The position numbers were made by a program, and so were the translations under genes. From Candidatus Xenobia bacterium (lineage in GTDB: Bacteria > Vulcanimicrobiota > Xenobia > Xenobiales > QWHO01): a DNA stretch of 64,000 nucleotides. This document shows, piece after piece, positions 29,379-38,630 of this stretch (its first letter is position 1; each line of letters begins with the position of its first letter). Location: assembly GCA_045863235.1 (NCBI GenBank), contig BTUM01000036.1:1-64000 (forward strand). Reading direction: 5' to 3'. Below the pieces are notes generated by a model. It was given only the letters and a program-made list of their open reading frames with translations. It was not told the origin of the DNA and did no database searches.

Positions 29379-29727
29379 CCGTCGGCGGGCATTCGGGCTG
29401 GCCGAGCTGCTGGTGGCCCTGGCGGTTCTGATTCCCGTGCTGGTGGTGACCACCGGAATGTTTCCCTATTACCACCTGATCAACTACCGCTCCCGCTGCC
29501 TGGCCCAGGCCGCGCTGGTAGCCCAGGCCGAGACCGAGCGCTTGCGCTCCGTCGCCCGGACAGACCTGGCGAATTCCCAGCGGCCGGTCCGAGGGGACAG
29601 AGTAGATTTCACGGTCACCAGTCGGGTTGCTCGCGCTGGATCCAACCGCCTGCACCGGGCTGAGGTCACAGTCTCCTGGAGCGATCAAGCCTACCGGGTG
29701 GTCACCCTGCTGGAGACCGGGCCATGA
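29371..29727 (+). CDS. Prepilin-type minor pilin (PilV-like)
   Basis: RRRA|FGLAELL. Confidence 0.78.
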   Translation: MADRRRAFGLAELLVALAVLIPVLVVTTGMFPYYHLINYRSRCLAQAALVAQAETERLRSVARTDLANSQRPVRGDRVDFTVTSRVARAGSNRLHRAEVTVSWSDQAYRVVTLLETGP

Positions 29728-30299
29728 AACGAAGCGGACTGACCATCGTGGAGCTGTTGGTGGTCATGGGCCTGCTTATCCTCTTGCTGACAATCTGTGG
29801 CCAGATCGTCCACCCCAGCCTGCGGGTCTGGGAGCTGAACAGGGCTCGGGCCGACCTGGACCAGGCAGCGCTGGTCGCCACCACCAGGCTACAGCGCGAC
29901 CTGCTTTCCAGTCACCGCGAGGCGGTTAGCTTCCGGCCGGCCGACCCGTGCGCCCTGGCCTTCCCTGTCTCCGAACGCTATGAGGCGCTGACGGGGAAGC
30001 CAGTCTTCGACCGCTGGGTGCTCTACAGCCTCGACCCTCAGAATCGGCTGCTCTATCGCCGTCAATGGTCAGTACCGCCCACCACCGAGCCCGAGGCCCT
30101 GCTCGACCCTCAGCTCTCGGTGCTGGCCGCAGCGCCCCCCCTCAAGCGCGTAGCCGGCCACGTCTCGGCCCTGCGCGTTCTTCGCCCGAATGGGGAGGGA
30201 GGACCCATCCGCATCGAGCTCGACCTTCAGCGCCCGGCCAGGGGCTCTCCGGAAGTGACCTTCCGGGTGCTGGAGCTGAACCCGAGGAACTCGCCATGA
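29724..30299 (+). CDS. Prepilin-type minor pilin (PilW-like)
   Basis: KRSG|LTIVELL. Confidence 0.8.
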   Translation: MKRSGLTIVELLVVMGLLILLLTICGQIVHPSLRVWELNRARADLDQAALVATTRLQRDLLSSHREAVSFRPADPCALAFPVSERYEALTGKPVFDRWVLYSLDPQNRLLYRRQWSVPPTTEPEALLDPQLSVLAAAPPLKRVAGHVSALRVLRPNGEGGPIRIELDLQRPARGSPEVTFRVLELNPRNSP

Positions 30300-31540
30300 A
30301 AGCTTCTCGCTCCGGATTGGCCCTGGTACAGAGCCTGTGGGTCGCGGTACTGGTCTTGCTGTTTGCCATGACCCTGGCCGCCCTGGGTAGCTACCAGTAT
30401 CAGCTCAGTCGCGACCTCGCCTACCGCCAGCAGGCGATGGAGGCCGCCCTGGCCGGCATCGCCCACACCCAGGCCCGGCTCTGCGAGGAGATCGACTTTG
30501 CCGGCGAGCTGTCGGACGACTTCGGCGTCTCGCGCTACCGGGTCTCCTTCGACCCGGCCGTCAGTCCCTGGTCGCTCAACAACCTGCGCTCACCCCGCTC
30601 GCAGCCAGGCTTCCTGGGCCAGGTTGCCCCGTCCCACTCGGTGCTGGCCTTCTCGCGGGGAGAAGCCTCGGGCCGGGTCGTCACCGTGCAAGCGATTCTG
30701 CAGTATGCTCCCTATCCCTACGCCGTGGCAGCAACCGAGGAGGTCCGAGCCGGCGGATCCCTGCACGTCGACGGAGCACAAACTTATCAGGACGTGCTCG
30801 ACCTCCTGCAAGGATTGCCGGGAGGGCTGCTCGGCGGCGGTGGCGGCAACCCCGGCCTGGAGCAGGCACACGTCTACGCCGGATCCCGGATTCAGGCGGG
30901 CCCCCTCTCCTACGTAAACGGCAAGGCCAGAACGCCGGGCAGCGCTTCCTTCGGAGCCGGCTCGCAGGTAGTGGGAGGCATCTACCAGGGGGCCCGGCCC
31001 GAGGCAATCCCGGATATCGACATCCAGCTCTACTCCAACCGAAACTTCTCCGACGTCACCGTGTTGACGAGCGACTCCACCTACACGGCGCTGACCGGCA
31101 ACTGCTACGTGAGCGGGGACATCACTTTGAACGCGGCCGTCTTGAGCAACGCTTACCTGTTTGTGGACGGCGGAGGAGACCTGACCTCCATCCTCGGCCT
31201 GACCGGAACGGGCACCATCTTCGTGGCTGGCCGCACCCAACTGGAAGGGGCCCTGAGCATCGTAGCATCCAATGGGATCGCTCTCTTCAGCCAGGGTGAT
31301 CTGGAGGTGGCAGGCGGCAACCATTTCCAGGGAGTTCTTTACAGCCACGGCGACATTCACGTTCAGTCCGGCCTGAACGTGGTGGGCGCGGTGGTCAGCT
31401 CGGGGGGTAGTGTGGAGGTCAACTCGGCCCGGGTGATCGGGTTCGAGGACTACACCCGCCTGGGTATCTACGCGATGAAAGGCAGCCTGCTCCAGGGCGA
31501 TCCTCCCCCCCTGCGCGTGGTCTGGTGGAAACAGCTGTGA
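30296..31540 (+). CDS. PilX-like minor pilin with beta-rich C-terminus
   Basis: ATGA overlap; RSG|LALVQSL, QAMEAALAGI. Confidence 0.72.
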   Translation: MKASRSGLALVQSLWVAVLVLLFAMTLAALGSYQYQLSRDLAYRQQAMEAALAGIAHTQARLCEEIDFAGELSDDFGVSRYRVSFDPAVSPWSLNNLRSPRSQPGFLGQVAPSHSVLAFSRGEASGRVVTVQAILQYAPYPYAVAATEEVRAGGSLHVDGAQTYQDVLDLLQGLPGGLLGGGGGNPGLEQAHVYAGSRIQAGPLSYVNGKARTPGSASFGAGSQVVGGIYQGARPEAIPDIDIQLYSNRNFSDVTVLTSDSTYTALTGNCYVSGDITLNAAVLSNAYLFVDGGGDLTSILGLTGTGTIFVAGRTQLEGALSIVASNGIALFSQGDLEVAGGNHFQGVLYSHGDIHVQSGLNVVGAVVSSGGSVEVNSARVIGFEDYTRLGIYAMKGSLLQGDPPPLRVVWWKQL

Positions 31541-32688
31541 GGTGGCTGCTCTGGCTGTGGCTGCTCTGCGTCCCGGGAATCGCCCAGGAGCTTACCCTGG
31601 AGTCAGAGCCCGCGGGGGCCCGCGTGTTCGATGCCGCCGAGAACTACCTTGGAACCACCCCCTGCATTCTGGCTCGAGACCCGCGGATGAGCCAGGTACT
31701 CTACCTGCAGCGGGCCGGCTATGCCACGGCACGCCTGCGCGTTCAGGGGAGTCAGCGCTCGGCCCGGGTCGTGCTCGAGCCCAACCTGCCCTCGACCTGG
31801 CTGCAGCGCCATGCGGGGCTGGTTGCGACGGGCCTGATCCTGGCCGCGGGAGCGGCCCTGGGAGCTCGCCGCTGGGTGCGACGCGGCCTGCCCGCCTCGA
31901 TCACCGGCCGCACGGTGGGCCGCTATCGGGTGCTCGAGAAAGTCGGGGAGGGCAGCACGGCGAGCGTCTTCCGCCTGCAGGGCGCCCTGGCCATGAAGCT
32001 GTTCCACTCGGTTCTGCGCGACCCGCGCGACCGCGAGCGGCTGCGACGCGAGCTGGAAGTGGGGATGAGGCTGAGCCACCCCAACCTGCTGCGGGTGCAC
32101 GACTTTGGCGAGTGGGAGAGCCGCCCTTACCTGGTGGTCGACTATGTGGACGGCGAGCCGCTCTCCGACCGTCTCGCACGCGGCCCTCTCGAACTCGAGA
32201 CGGCGCTCTCGGTGCTGCGAGACGTGACCGCCGCCCTGGACGCGATCCACCGCGAAGGGGTGGTCCACCGAGACGTGTCCCCCGCCAACATCATGCTGGC
32301 GCGGGACGGGCGGGCCTTCCTCACGGACTTCGGCCTGGCGGTCTGGACCGAGCGTCCCAGGGTGACAGCCACCGGCACGGCTCTGGGGACTCCCCTCTAC
32401 ATGGCCCCCGAAACGCTGCTCAAGCGAGCCGCCAACCCGCGTTCGGACCTTTACTCACTGGCGGTGGTGCTGTTCGAGATGCTGACCGGCACCATCTTGT
32501 TCGAGGCTGATGACGCTTACCAGGTTCTGGCTGCCCACCTGCACCAGGCCCCTCCCCCGCTCCAAGAGCGGGCGCCCCATCTACCCGTAGCGCTGCAGGC
32601 CGTCCTCGACCGGGCCCTGGCCAAGGACCCGGCCGAGCGGTTTGCCAGTGCCGGCGAGCTGCTGCAGGCGGTGGAGGCTGCGCTGTGA
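31537..32688 (+). CDS. Ser/Thr protein kinase with signal peptide, PEGA-like domain and TM helix
   Basis: GTGA overlap; ESEPAGARV..LGTTP; GEGSTASV, AMK, HRDVSPANI, DFG, YMAPE. Confidence 0.9.
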   Translation: MRWLLWLWLLCVPGIAQELTLESEPAGARVFDAAENYLGTTPCILARDPRMSQVLYLQRAGYATARLRVQGSQRSARVVLEPNLPSTWLQRHAGLVATGLILAAGAALGARRWVRRGLPASITGRTVGRYRVLEKVGEGSTASVFRLQGALAMKLFHSVLRDPRDRERLRRELEVGMRLSHPNLLRVHDFGEWESRPYLVVDYVDGEPLSDRLARGPLELETALSVLRDVTAALDAIHREGVVHRDVSPANIMLARDGRAFLTDFGLAVWTERPRVTATGTALGTPLYMAPETLLKRAANPRSDLYSLAVVLFEMLTGTILFEADDAYQVLAAHLHQAPPPLQERAPHLPVALQAVLDRALAKDPAERFASAGELLQAVEAAL

Positions 32689-34151
32689 GCGCCAGTCAGG
32701 TGGGCGACCTGCTCGAAGGCGGATACCGGGTGCTGGAGGTCAAGCACCCTCAGCCGCCCTATCTCTACCGGGTGCGCAAGGGCCTGGGCTCGAGCCTGGA
32801 GATCGAAGAGCTGCCCCTGCATCTTGGGAGGAGAGGTCGCCGCAAGCTCGAGCGCCAGCGGCGCCTTCTCTCCTGGGTGCGTCACCCTCACATCCGACTG
32901 CCGCTCGACCTTTGCCCTGGACCGAGCGGCCTGCTGCTGGTCCACCGCAGGTTGGCCGGCGAGCCGCTCGAGCGACGCCTGTGGCGCCTCCCGCCCACCG
33001 TGAGCGAAGTGTTGCGCTGGGGCCAGGAGCTGTGCGCCCTGCTGAGCCATCTCAATCAACACGGCCTCACGCTGGGCCAGCTCTCGCCTACCAACCTGCA
33101 CCTGGACGGCGACTCTCACCTGCAGCTCGTAGGCTTCCGCCTGAGCCCGGCCATGGACTTCGAGCCAGGCCTGCCCGAGTTTGGTCCGGCCAACTTCAAG
33201 GCTCCCGAAGCGATCGCCGATCAGCGGTCGGACGTATTTGTGGCCGGCCGGCTGGTGGAGTACCTGCTGGCCTGGGCTCCGGGTCGAGCCCCGAGCGAGG
33301 TGCGGCAGACGCTGGAAAGGGCCACCGACCCCGATCCTACCCGGCGCTATCAAAGTTGTGCCAGCTTCCAGAGCGCCCTGCGCTCGGTGCGCCTCCAGGC
33401 GGGGCCACGAGACGCGCCCGTCCCCCGGATCTCGTGGCTCGAAATGGCCCGGAGAACCGGGGCGGCTCTCCTGGCGCTCCTGCTGGCAGCCGGCCTGCTC
33501 TGGTCGTGGAATCGGGCGGAGCGCTACCGCAACGGCGCCAGTTGGACCCGGCCGGCCCGGGCAACGGCGGGAGCTGTGATCTGGATCTCCGGCCAATTGG
33601 CAGGGGTCCCCACCCTCAAGGTGCCCCACAGCGGCGTGCTGGCCCTGGGCTACCGCACTCGCACCGTCGCCGTGGGAGAGCGCGAGGAGTGGGATGCCGC
33701 GGACGAAGATTACCGCCGGCGCCCATTCGAGCGGGTCCTGGAAGACCGGTGCTGGCTGGCCCAGGCGTCCCTGGACGGAGTCCCCCTCGAGGACGGCCCG
33801 GTGAATCTGGTGGGAGCTCTCCGGCCCTGCCCGGTGACAGCTGCCTGGCCGCTCGAGGTGGGCGAGAAGCGCCTGGGGCTGTACTGCCATGAGCGGGTCC
33901 TGGCCCCGGGTGACCCGGTGGTGATTCGCGGGGTCCTGGGCCTGGACGGCATCAGGGCGCTGGAGATACGCCCGGGCACTCGCTGGGACTGGGAGCTCGG
34001 TCGCCTGCAGGCCGCCCTGCCTGGAATCGGCCTGGCGCTGACCGCTCTCGGGGGTCTCTGGCGCTTGCGCCGTCAGGGAAATAGAGCCGGCCCGAGAAGC
34101 CGTCAGGGGGGGAGGGGAGACGGTCGACTCGGGCCGGCAAGAGTGTCCTGA
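32685..34151 (+). CDS. Pseudokinase-TM-GIDE-like-TM membrane protein
   Basis: Kinase fold remnants (HPHI, LSPTNL, FKAPE, DQRSDVF) without catalytic K, HRD or DFG; ERVLAPGDPVVIRG between two TM helices. Confidence 0.7.
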   Translation: MSASQVGDLLEGGYRVLEVKHPQPPYLYRVRKGLGSSLEIEELPLHLGRRGRRKLERQRRLLSWVRHPHIRLPLDLCPGPSGLLLVHRRLAGEPLERRLWRLPPTVSEVLRWGQELCALLSHLNQHGLTLGQLSPTNLHLDGDSHLQLVGFRLSPAMDFEPGLPEFGPANFKAPEAIADQRSDVFVAGRLVEYLLAWAPGRAPSEVRQTLERATDPDPTRRYQSCASFQSALRSVRLQAGPRDAPVPRISWLEMARRTGAALLALLLAAGLLWSWNRAERYRNGASWTRPARATAGAVIWISGQLAGVPTLKVPHSGVLALGYRTRTVAVGEREEWDAADEDYRRRPFERVLEDRCWLAQASLDGVPLEDGPVNLVGALRPCPVTAAWPLEVGEKRLGLYCHERVLAPGDPVVIRGVLGLDGIRALEIRPGTRWDWELGRLQAALPGIGLALTALGGLWRLRRQGNRAGPRSRQGGRGDGRLGPARVS

Positions 34152-34204
34152 ATATCGCCTGAGCGCAGAGCAGAGAGGCTCTCAGCCTCCCCGGCGCACT
34201 CTGC

Positions 34205-35545
34205 CTAGCGAAGGGTCAGGTCTAAGTGGACCGGCGCCAGCCTGCGACCATTGGGATCGGTGGCGCTGACCTCGGTCTGGAGCACGGTGCTGGGCGGCAG
34301 CATGCTGGCGTCGAGCTGGAGATTGAACCGTCCGGATGCGTCGGCGGTGCCCATCGTCTCGAGGGGACGCCCCTGCACTCCGATGAGACCCGGAATCAGG
34401 TCACGCCGGGGACGGGCCAGCACCCGAACGGTGGAGTACGGGCTGGCCACTCCCTCCAGGTTGAAGACCCGGTTGACCGCTGTGCCGTGCTGCAGGTTGT
34501 GCACTTGCAGCACTCCCGGTTGCGATGGGTAGCCCGCGCCGGCGGGGACCAGGTTGAAGCCCCACTGGTGGCGGATCGTTCGACCCTGGTCGTCGACCGC
34601 CTCGAGCCTGACATGGTGACGGCCCGGGGAAAGATCGAAGGGAGGAAGGTAGCGGACGCTCTGCGCCTCGACGAAGGCCTGACCGCTCACCACCTGGCCG
34701 TCCACCATCAAGCGCACCGTCTCGGGTCGGATCGGCCGGTTGAAGTCGGCCTGGATGGTGGGCCTGGCCGTGGACAAGGTGCTGTTGGGGGCCGGATAGA
34801 GACCCGACCGGATCTCCCGGGTGGGTCCGAAGGTTACGCTTCGATTGGCCTCCAACAACGTCTCCTGTCCGCCGGCCGAGACCAGTCGCCCCACCAGGGT
34901 CGCCTGGCGCACCTCGACGTCGTCGGGAACGGTCACGGCGCCCTCGTATCGGCCCAGGCGCACCTCGCGCATCGGTACGCCCTCGAAGGCCCCGAGCACG
35001 TCGAAGTAAGCCTTGCCGCCCGGGTCGCCGGTCAGGATTACCTCCAGCCGATCACCCGGCGAGAGCCGCCCGACGGCCGAGTGCACCACCGTCTGAACCC
35101 GAAGACGCGCCTCCACCGGCTCCTCGGTTGTGGCGCTGGTAATGGCCACGGTTCGCGTTGCGGCCTGCCAGTCCACCTCCGCTCCCAGAGCCTCGGAGAT
35201 AAAGCGCAAGGGCACCAGGGTGCGGCCTGAGTAGGAAGCCGCCGGGACGTCCAGGTAACGGGCCTGGCCATCGATCAGGGCCCTGCGACTACCCAGCGTC
35301 AACTCGACCTGGGTGCTGCCTCGGGTCGCCTTGATGCTGCGGGTAGGCGCCAGATAGACTACGTCGGCGCCCAGGTTCTCGAAGATGCCCCGCAGCGGTA
35401 CCAGGACTCGTCCCTCCTGCATGATCGGAGGCTGATCGAAAGCCAGCGGCCTCTGGTCGACGAGGACCGTCAGGTCAGGGCTGGCCAGGCCCGGAAGAGC
35501 CAGAGCGGCCGCCAGCAGCGTGGCGGAAATAGCTCGTTGCAGCAT
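34205..35545 (-). CDS. Exported protein with copper-amine-oxidase-like N-terminal (stalk) domain and Ig-like domains
   Basis: Signal peptide; GRVLVPLRGIFE, GRTLVPLRFISEALGA. Confidence 0.85.
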   Translation of the reverse strand: MLQRAISATLLAAALALPGLASPDLTVLVDQRPLAFDQPPIMQEGRVLVPLRGIFENLGADVVYLAPTRSIKATRGSTQVELTLGSRRALIDGQARYLDVPAASYSGRTLVPLRFISEALGAEVDWQAATRTVAITSATTEEPVEARLRVQTVVHSAVGRLSPGDRLEVILTGDPGGKAYFDVLGAFEGVPMREVRLGRYEGAVTVPDDVEVRQATLVGRLVSAGGQETLLEANRSVTFGPTREIRSGLYPAPNSTLSTARPTIQADFNRPIRPETVRLMVDGQVVSGQAFVEAQSVRYLPPFDLSPGRHHVRLEAVDDQGRTIRHQWGFNLVPAGAGYPSQPGVLQVHNLQHGTAVNRVFNLEGVASPYSTVRVLARPRRDLIPGLIGVQGRPLETMGTADASGRFNLQLDASMLPPSTVLQTEVSATDPNGRRLAPVHLDLTLR

Positions 35546-35560
35546 GGTTGGTTGCTCCCT

Positions 35561-35944
35561 TCAATGAGTTGGTCGATAGGCGCGCCCGGTCGGGTCGGAT
35601 GGAGCGAGCAGCACGCGCAGCAACCGGTCGAGCCCGACGCCGATCAGCAGGTAGGTCACCACGGCGACGATGTCGGGCAGCTCGAGCAGCGAGCGTCCCG
35701 CGGCTGGAGAGCCAAACATGCTCAGGAACGGAGCCACGAACGGTTGGCTGAGACTCAGGATCAGGTCGACGAACGCGTTGCCCTGGTTGGCTCCAAACAT
35801 GAGCAGGCAGAAGCGGAAGGCGATGAGCGAGGTGATGAAGCCCACGATCCACCACAACAGGTGGGTGGCCCGCTCCAGACCAGCCAGGCGGCGCCCGGCC
35901 GCGGGGGTGCCGGTGGTGCCGGTTTTCTCGGTTGAGATCATCAT
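35561..35944 (-). CDS. YggT-family membrane protein
   Basis: RFCLLMFGAN..N.FV..I..LSQPFVAPF; SD AAGGAGG. Confidence 0.75.
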   Translation of the reverse strand: MMISTEKTGTTGTPAAGRRLAGLERATHLLWWIVGFITSLIAFRFCLLMFGANQGNAFVDLILSLSQPFVAPFLSMFGSPAAGRSLLELPDIVAVVTYLLIGVGLDRLLRVLLAPSDPTGRAYRPTH

Positions 35945-36034
35945 CGGGTCCTCCTTACAGGCGGGAGTCTTCAGTCGCTCCCTCCTGCAAGTCTAACGGG
36001 CTCAACGAAGGGACTTCAGGGGAGGGCGTCCTCA

Positions 36035-36054
36035 GGCAGGCAGTACCGCAATAC
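36035..36054 (-). promoter_or_regulatory. Conserved GTAY-N4-GTAC site upstream of the yggT-like gene
   Basis: gtattgcggtactgcctgcc; second GTAC 47 nt from TAGACT. Confidence 0.55.
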
Positions 36055-36056
36055 CT

Positions 36057-36824
36057 TCAGCTGGCTCTGGTCAGCGAGAGGTCGCCCAGCCAGGCCCGTA
36101 CTCTCTCCAAGAGACCCGGCTGGACGGTTCTGGTCGTCAGCAGGAAGCTGCCCTGGACCGTGCCCAGCAAGTCCCGGACCTGGCCAGCTTCAGCCCACCC
36201 GCCAGGTGAAGCCAGGACGGTCAGATCGTAGCCCGTCTCAGCATGGGCTCGCATCACCTCCTCGGGCAGCTCGCCCTCGCCCCGGCGGAAGGAATACCGG
36301 AGGCCAGCCTCTTGAAGGGTCTTCTCCTGCTCCACCAGGGCGCCCGGCTCGGCGTCCTGGCACGCGAGGAGCACGGTGACTTCCGCATTCAGGACGGCTG
36401 CCAGCCGGGTGGTCAGCTCCACCGTGGCACTCGAGGCGAAGGTGCAGTCGGTGCAGAGCAAGATTCGCTCGATCACGGAGCGCGAGCCAGGCCGCACGAA
36501 CAGGATGTGAGGGGGCGGCGCCTGAGGCAACAGCTCGGTGGCGCGGTCAAGGTCGAATCCCTCGAGCAGTACCAGGTCGAACTCTCGCAAGAGCACCACC
36601 TCATCGACCCGATAGCCCTCGGTGACGGCCACGAAGGCTTCTAGCTCCAGCTCGCGACGCAACCAGCGGCGTGTCTGGCGCAGGTTCTCCCGAGCCTGGT
36701 CGTCCACGTCGTCCATCACGGCCAACAGGGTGGCCCTGGCCTCGAGCCGGCGGGCGAGCTCGACCCCAAGCCAGACCGCCGATTGCATCCCCGGAGCTTC
36801 CTCGGTGCAGATCAAAATGCGCAT
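36057..36824 (-). CDS. Universal stress protein (tandem USP-like)
   Basis: MRILIC..LARRLEARATLL and ERILLCTD..LAAVLNAEVTVL..YDLTVL. Confidence 0.72.
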   Translation of the reverse strand: MRILICTEEAPGMQSAVWLGVELARRLEARATLLAVMDDVDDQARENLRQTRRWLRRELELEAFVAVTEGYRVDEVVLLREFDLVLLEGFDLDRATELLPQAPPPHILFVRPGSRSVIERILLCTDCTFASSATVELTTRLAAVLNAEVTVLLACQDAEPGALVEQEKTLQEAGLRYSFRRGEGELPEEVMRAHAETGYDLTVLASPGGWAEAGQVRDLLGTVQGSFLLTTRTVQPGLLERVRAWLGDLSLTRAS

Positions 36825-36889
36825 GGTCTCATCCTCCTGGTCTCCAGTCTAAGCAGGGCCGGGCAGGAACGGGAGGGCGCACTGTAGGT

Positions 36890-36910
36890 GGCAAGGGAGT
36901 ACCGCAGTAC
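36890..36910 (-). promoter_or_regulatory. Conserved GTAC-N4-GTAC site upstream of the USP gene
   Basis: gtactgcggtactcccttgcc; second GTAC 47 nt from TAGACT. Confidence 0.6.
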
Positions 36911-36913
36911 GTG

Positions 36914-37228
36914 TCAGGGAGGTGGCGGGCAGCCCGCCTCGAGGTAGCGACAGAGGCGCTCGATCTCCTCGTCCAGGGCCTGCCTGGCCGCGCCGGTCTC
37001 GCCACCCGCGCGGGCCTGCCGCTCGAGCCGCTCGGCGGCCTCACGCGCGGCCGGAGCGTGCAGGGTAGCAAAGCCGCCCTTGAGCCAGTGAGCGGTCTCC
37101 ACCAGGTCGCCCGGCTCGTACAGGCGCGCGCGCATGGCCGGGGCCTGGCTCAGAAACACCTCGATGGTGGCCTGCAAGATATGCTCTTTGCCAAAGGCCT
37201 GCAAGGCGGCCTGTCGATCGAAGATCAT
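36914..37228 (-). CDS. Stand-alone Hpt domain protein
   Basis: AHWLKGG motif, 104 aa. Confidence 0.8.
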   Translation of the reverse strand: MIFDRQAALQAFGKEHILQATIEVFLSQAPAMRARLYEPGDLVETAHWLKGGFATLHAPAAREAAERLERQARAGGETGAARQALDEEIERLCRYLEAGCPPPP

Positions 37229-37231
37229 CGG

Positions 37232-37951
37232 TCAGTCGACCAGGCCCAGACGCACGCCTCGCAGGGCGACCTGCGTGCGATGGCTGACTCCCATCTTGCT
37301 CATGATCGACTGCAGGTGCTTTTTCACGGTCACCTCGGCCAGCGACAGCTCCTGACCGATACCCCGGTTGGAGCGGCCCAGCGAGACCAAACGCAGCACG
37401 TCCAGCTCGCGCGGGGTCAGCTCGACCAGCGGCGGGAGGCTATCCTCCTCGGGGGGAGCCGGGCCCAGCGTGGCGGTGGCCCGGGCCAGGGCCCCAAAGG
37501 CCTTCTGCACCAGGCTGGTGGAGATCAAGGTGCCCCCACGGGCGGCCGAGCGCAGGGCGTCGGCGATCAGCTCGCGGCTGGAATCCTTGCTCAGATAGCC
37601 GCTGGCCCCCCATCGAAGTGCTTCGACGAGGTACAGGTCACTGTCCAAAACGGTGATCAACACCACCTGGACCTCAGGCCAGCTCTCCTTGATCCGGCGC
37701 GTCACCTCCAGGCCGTTCATGTCGGGCAGGCGAACGTCCATGAGCACCACGTCGGGGCGCAGCCTCTCGACCTGTGCCAGGGCCTCACGTCCCGATTCAG
37801 CCGCTCCCACCACCTCCAGGCCATCCAGCTCGGAGAGCATCCCCTTGAGTCCGTGCAAGATAACGGGGTGATCGTCCACGATGACAATGCGCAAGGCCTC
37901 GCGCTTCCCGGTCGAACCGGTCGGAACCTCCGGGGACTCAGCCTCGAGCAT
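37232..37951 (-). CDS. NarL/LuxR-family response regulator
   Basis: IVDDHP, MDVRLP, LTPRELDVL..G.SN..I. Confidence 0.92.
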   Translation of the reverse strand: MLEAESPEVPTGSTGKREALRIVIVDDHPVILHGLKGMLSELDGLEVVGAAESGREALAQVERLRPDVVLMDVRLPDMNGLEVTRRIKESWPEVQVVLITVLDSDLYLVEALRWGASGYLSKDSSRELIADALRSAARGGTLISTSLVQKAFGALARATATLGPAPPEEDSLPPLVELTPRELDVLRLVSLGRSNRGIGQELSLAEVTVKKHLQSIMSKMGVSHRTQVALRGVRLGLVD

Positions 37952-38123
37952 ACAAAAGTTGCTCGAGCCGCAGCAGCTCGCGCTCGGTGCGAGCGAGGTC
38001 GCGCTCGACCTCGCGCTCGAGGGAGAGGTCGTCGCCATGGCGGCGCAGCTCCTGGAACCTGACCCCGAGCTGTCGCTCGACTGAGTGCAGTCTTTGAATC
38101 TGCTCCTCCAACTTGGAACACAC
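37938..38123 (-). CDS. Small coiled-coil hypothetical protein (61 aa)
   Basis: AGGAGG SD before GTG; overlaps the response regulator start. Confidence 0.55.
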   Translation of the reverse strand: MCSKLEEQIQRLHSVERQLGVRFQELRRHGDDLSLEREVERDLARTERELLRLEQLLYARG

Positions 38124-38202
38124 AGGGCACCTCCTGGTCTGATGCTTCAAGCATGCCAGAGGATGGCGGCCGATGGCAGGGTCGACTGTTGGCCGCTTCG
38201 CG

Positions 38203-38222
38203 GTACGGGAGTACTGCCTGCC
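38203..38222. promoter_or_regulatory. Bidirectional GTAC-N4-GTAC site between divergent operons
   Basis: gtacgggagtactgcctgcc; 48 nt to TATAGT (+) and 47 nt to CATGCT (-). Confidence 0.6.
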
Positions 38223-38291
38223 CGGGTATGGCCCGGCCTACGAGACCGGCGCGCTTCCCCCCTATAGTGGGTGGAAAGGAGGCTTGAAAAT

Positions 38292-38606
38292 ATGCCGCGC
38301 AATCTGGCAGCCCTGGTTGCCCTGGTGGGCATCGCGCTGGTCTACTGGCGCATCGGAGATGTCTTCGGGGTGATGGTAGTGCTTCTGGTGGCCGTCGTCG
38401 TCGGACACACTGCTGATGCGCTGGTACCCGGGGAGAGGCTCGGCACCTGGTGGGCGGCCACCGCGGCCGGCCTGCTCGGCACCCTGGTGGGCACGCTCTT
38501 GATCGGATCCTTCGGGCCGATCCTCTACGGTGTGCCCATGGTGCCCTCGTTGGTCGGGGCCATTCTGGTCGTGCTGCTCCTGGCCCTGTTTCAGCGAGGT
38601 CTGTAG
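38292..38606 (+). CDS. GlsB/YeaQ/YmgE-family stress membrane protein
   Basis: GGAGG SD; AGLLGTLVG, PSLVGAILVV. Confidence 0.72.
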   Translation: MPRNLAALVALVGIALVYWRIGDVFGVMVVLLVAVVVGHTADALVPGERLGTWWAATAAGLLGTLVGTLLIGSFGPILYGVPMVPSLVGAILVVLLLALFQRGL

Positions 38607-38630
38607 GACTGCGGGGGAGAAAGCGCTTTT

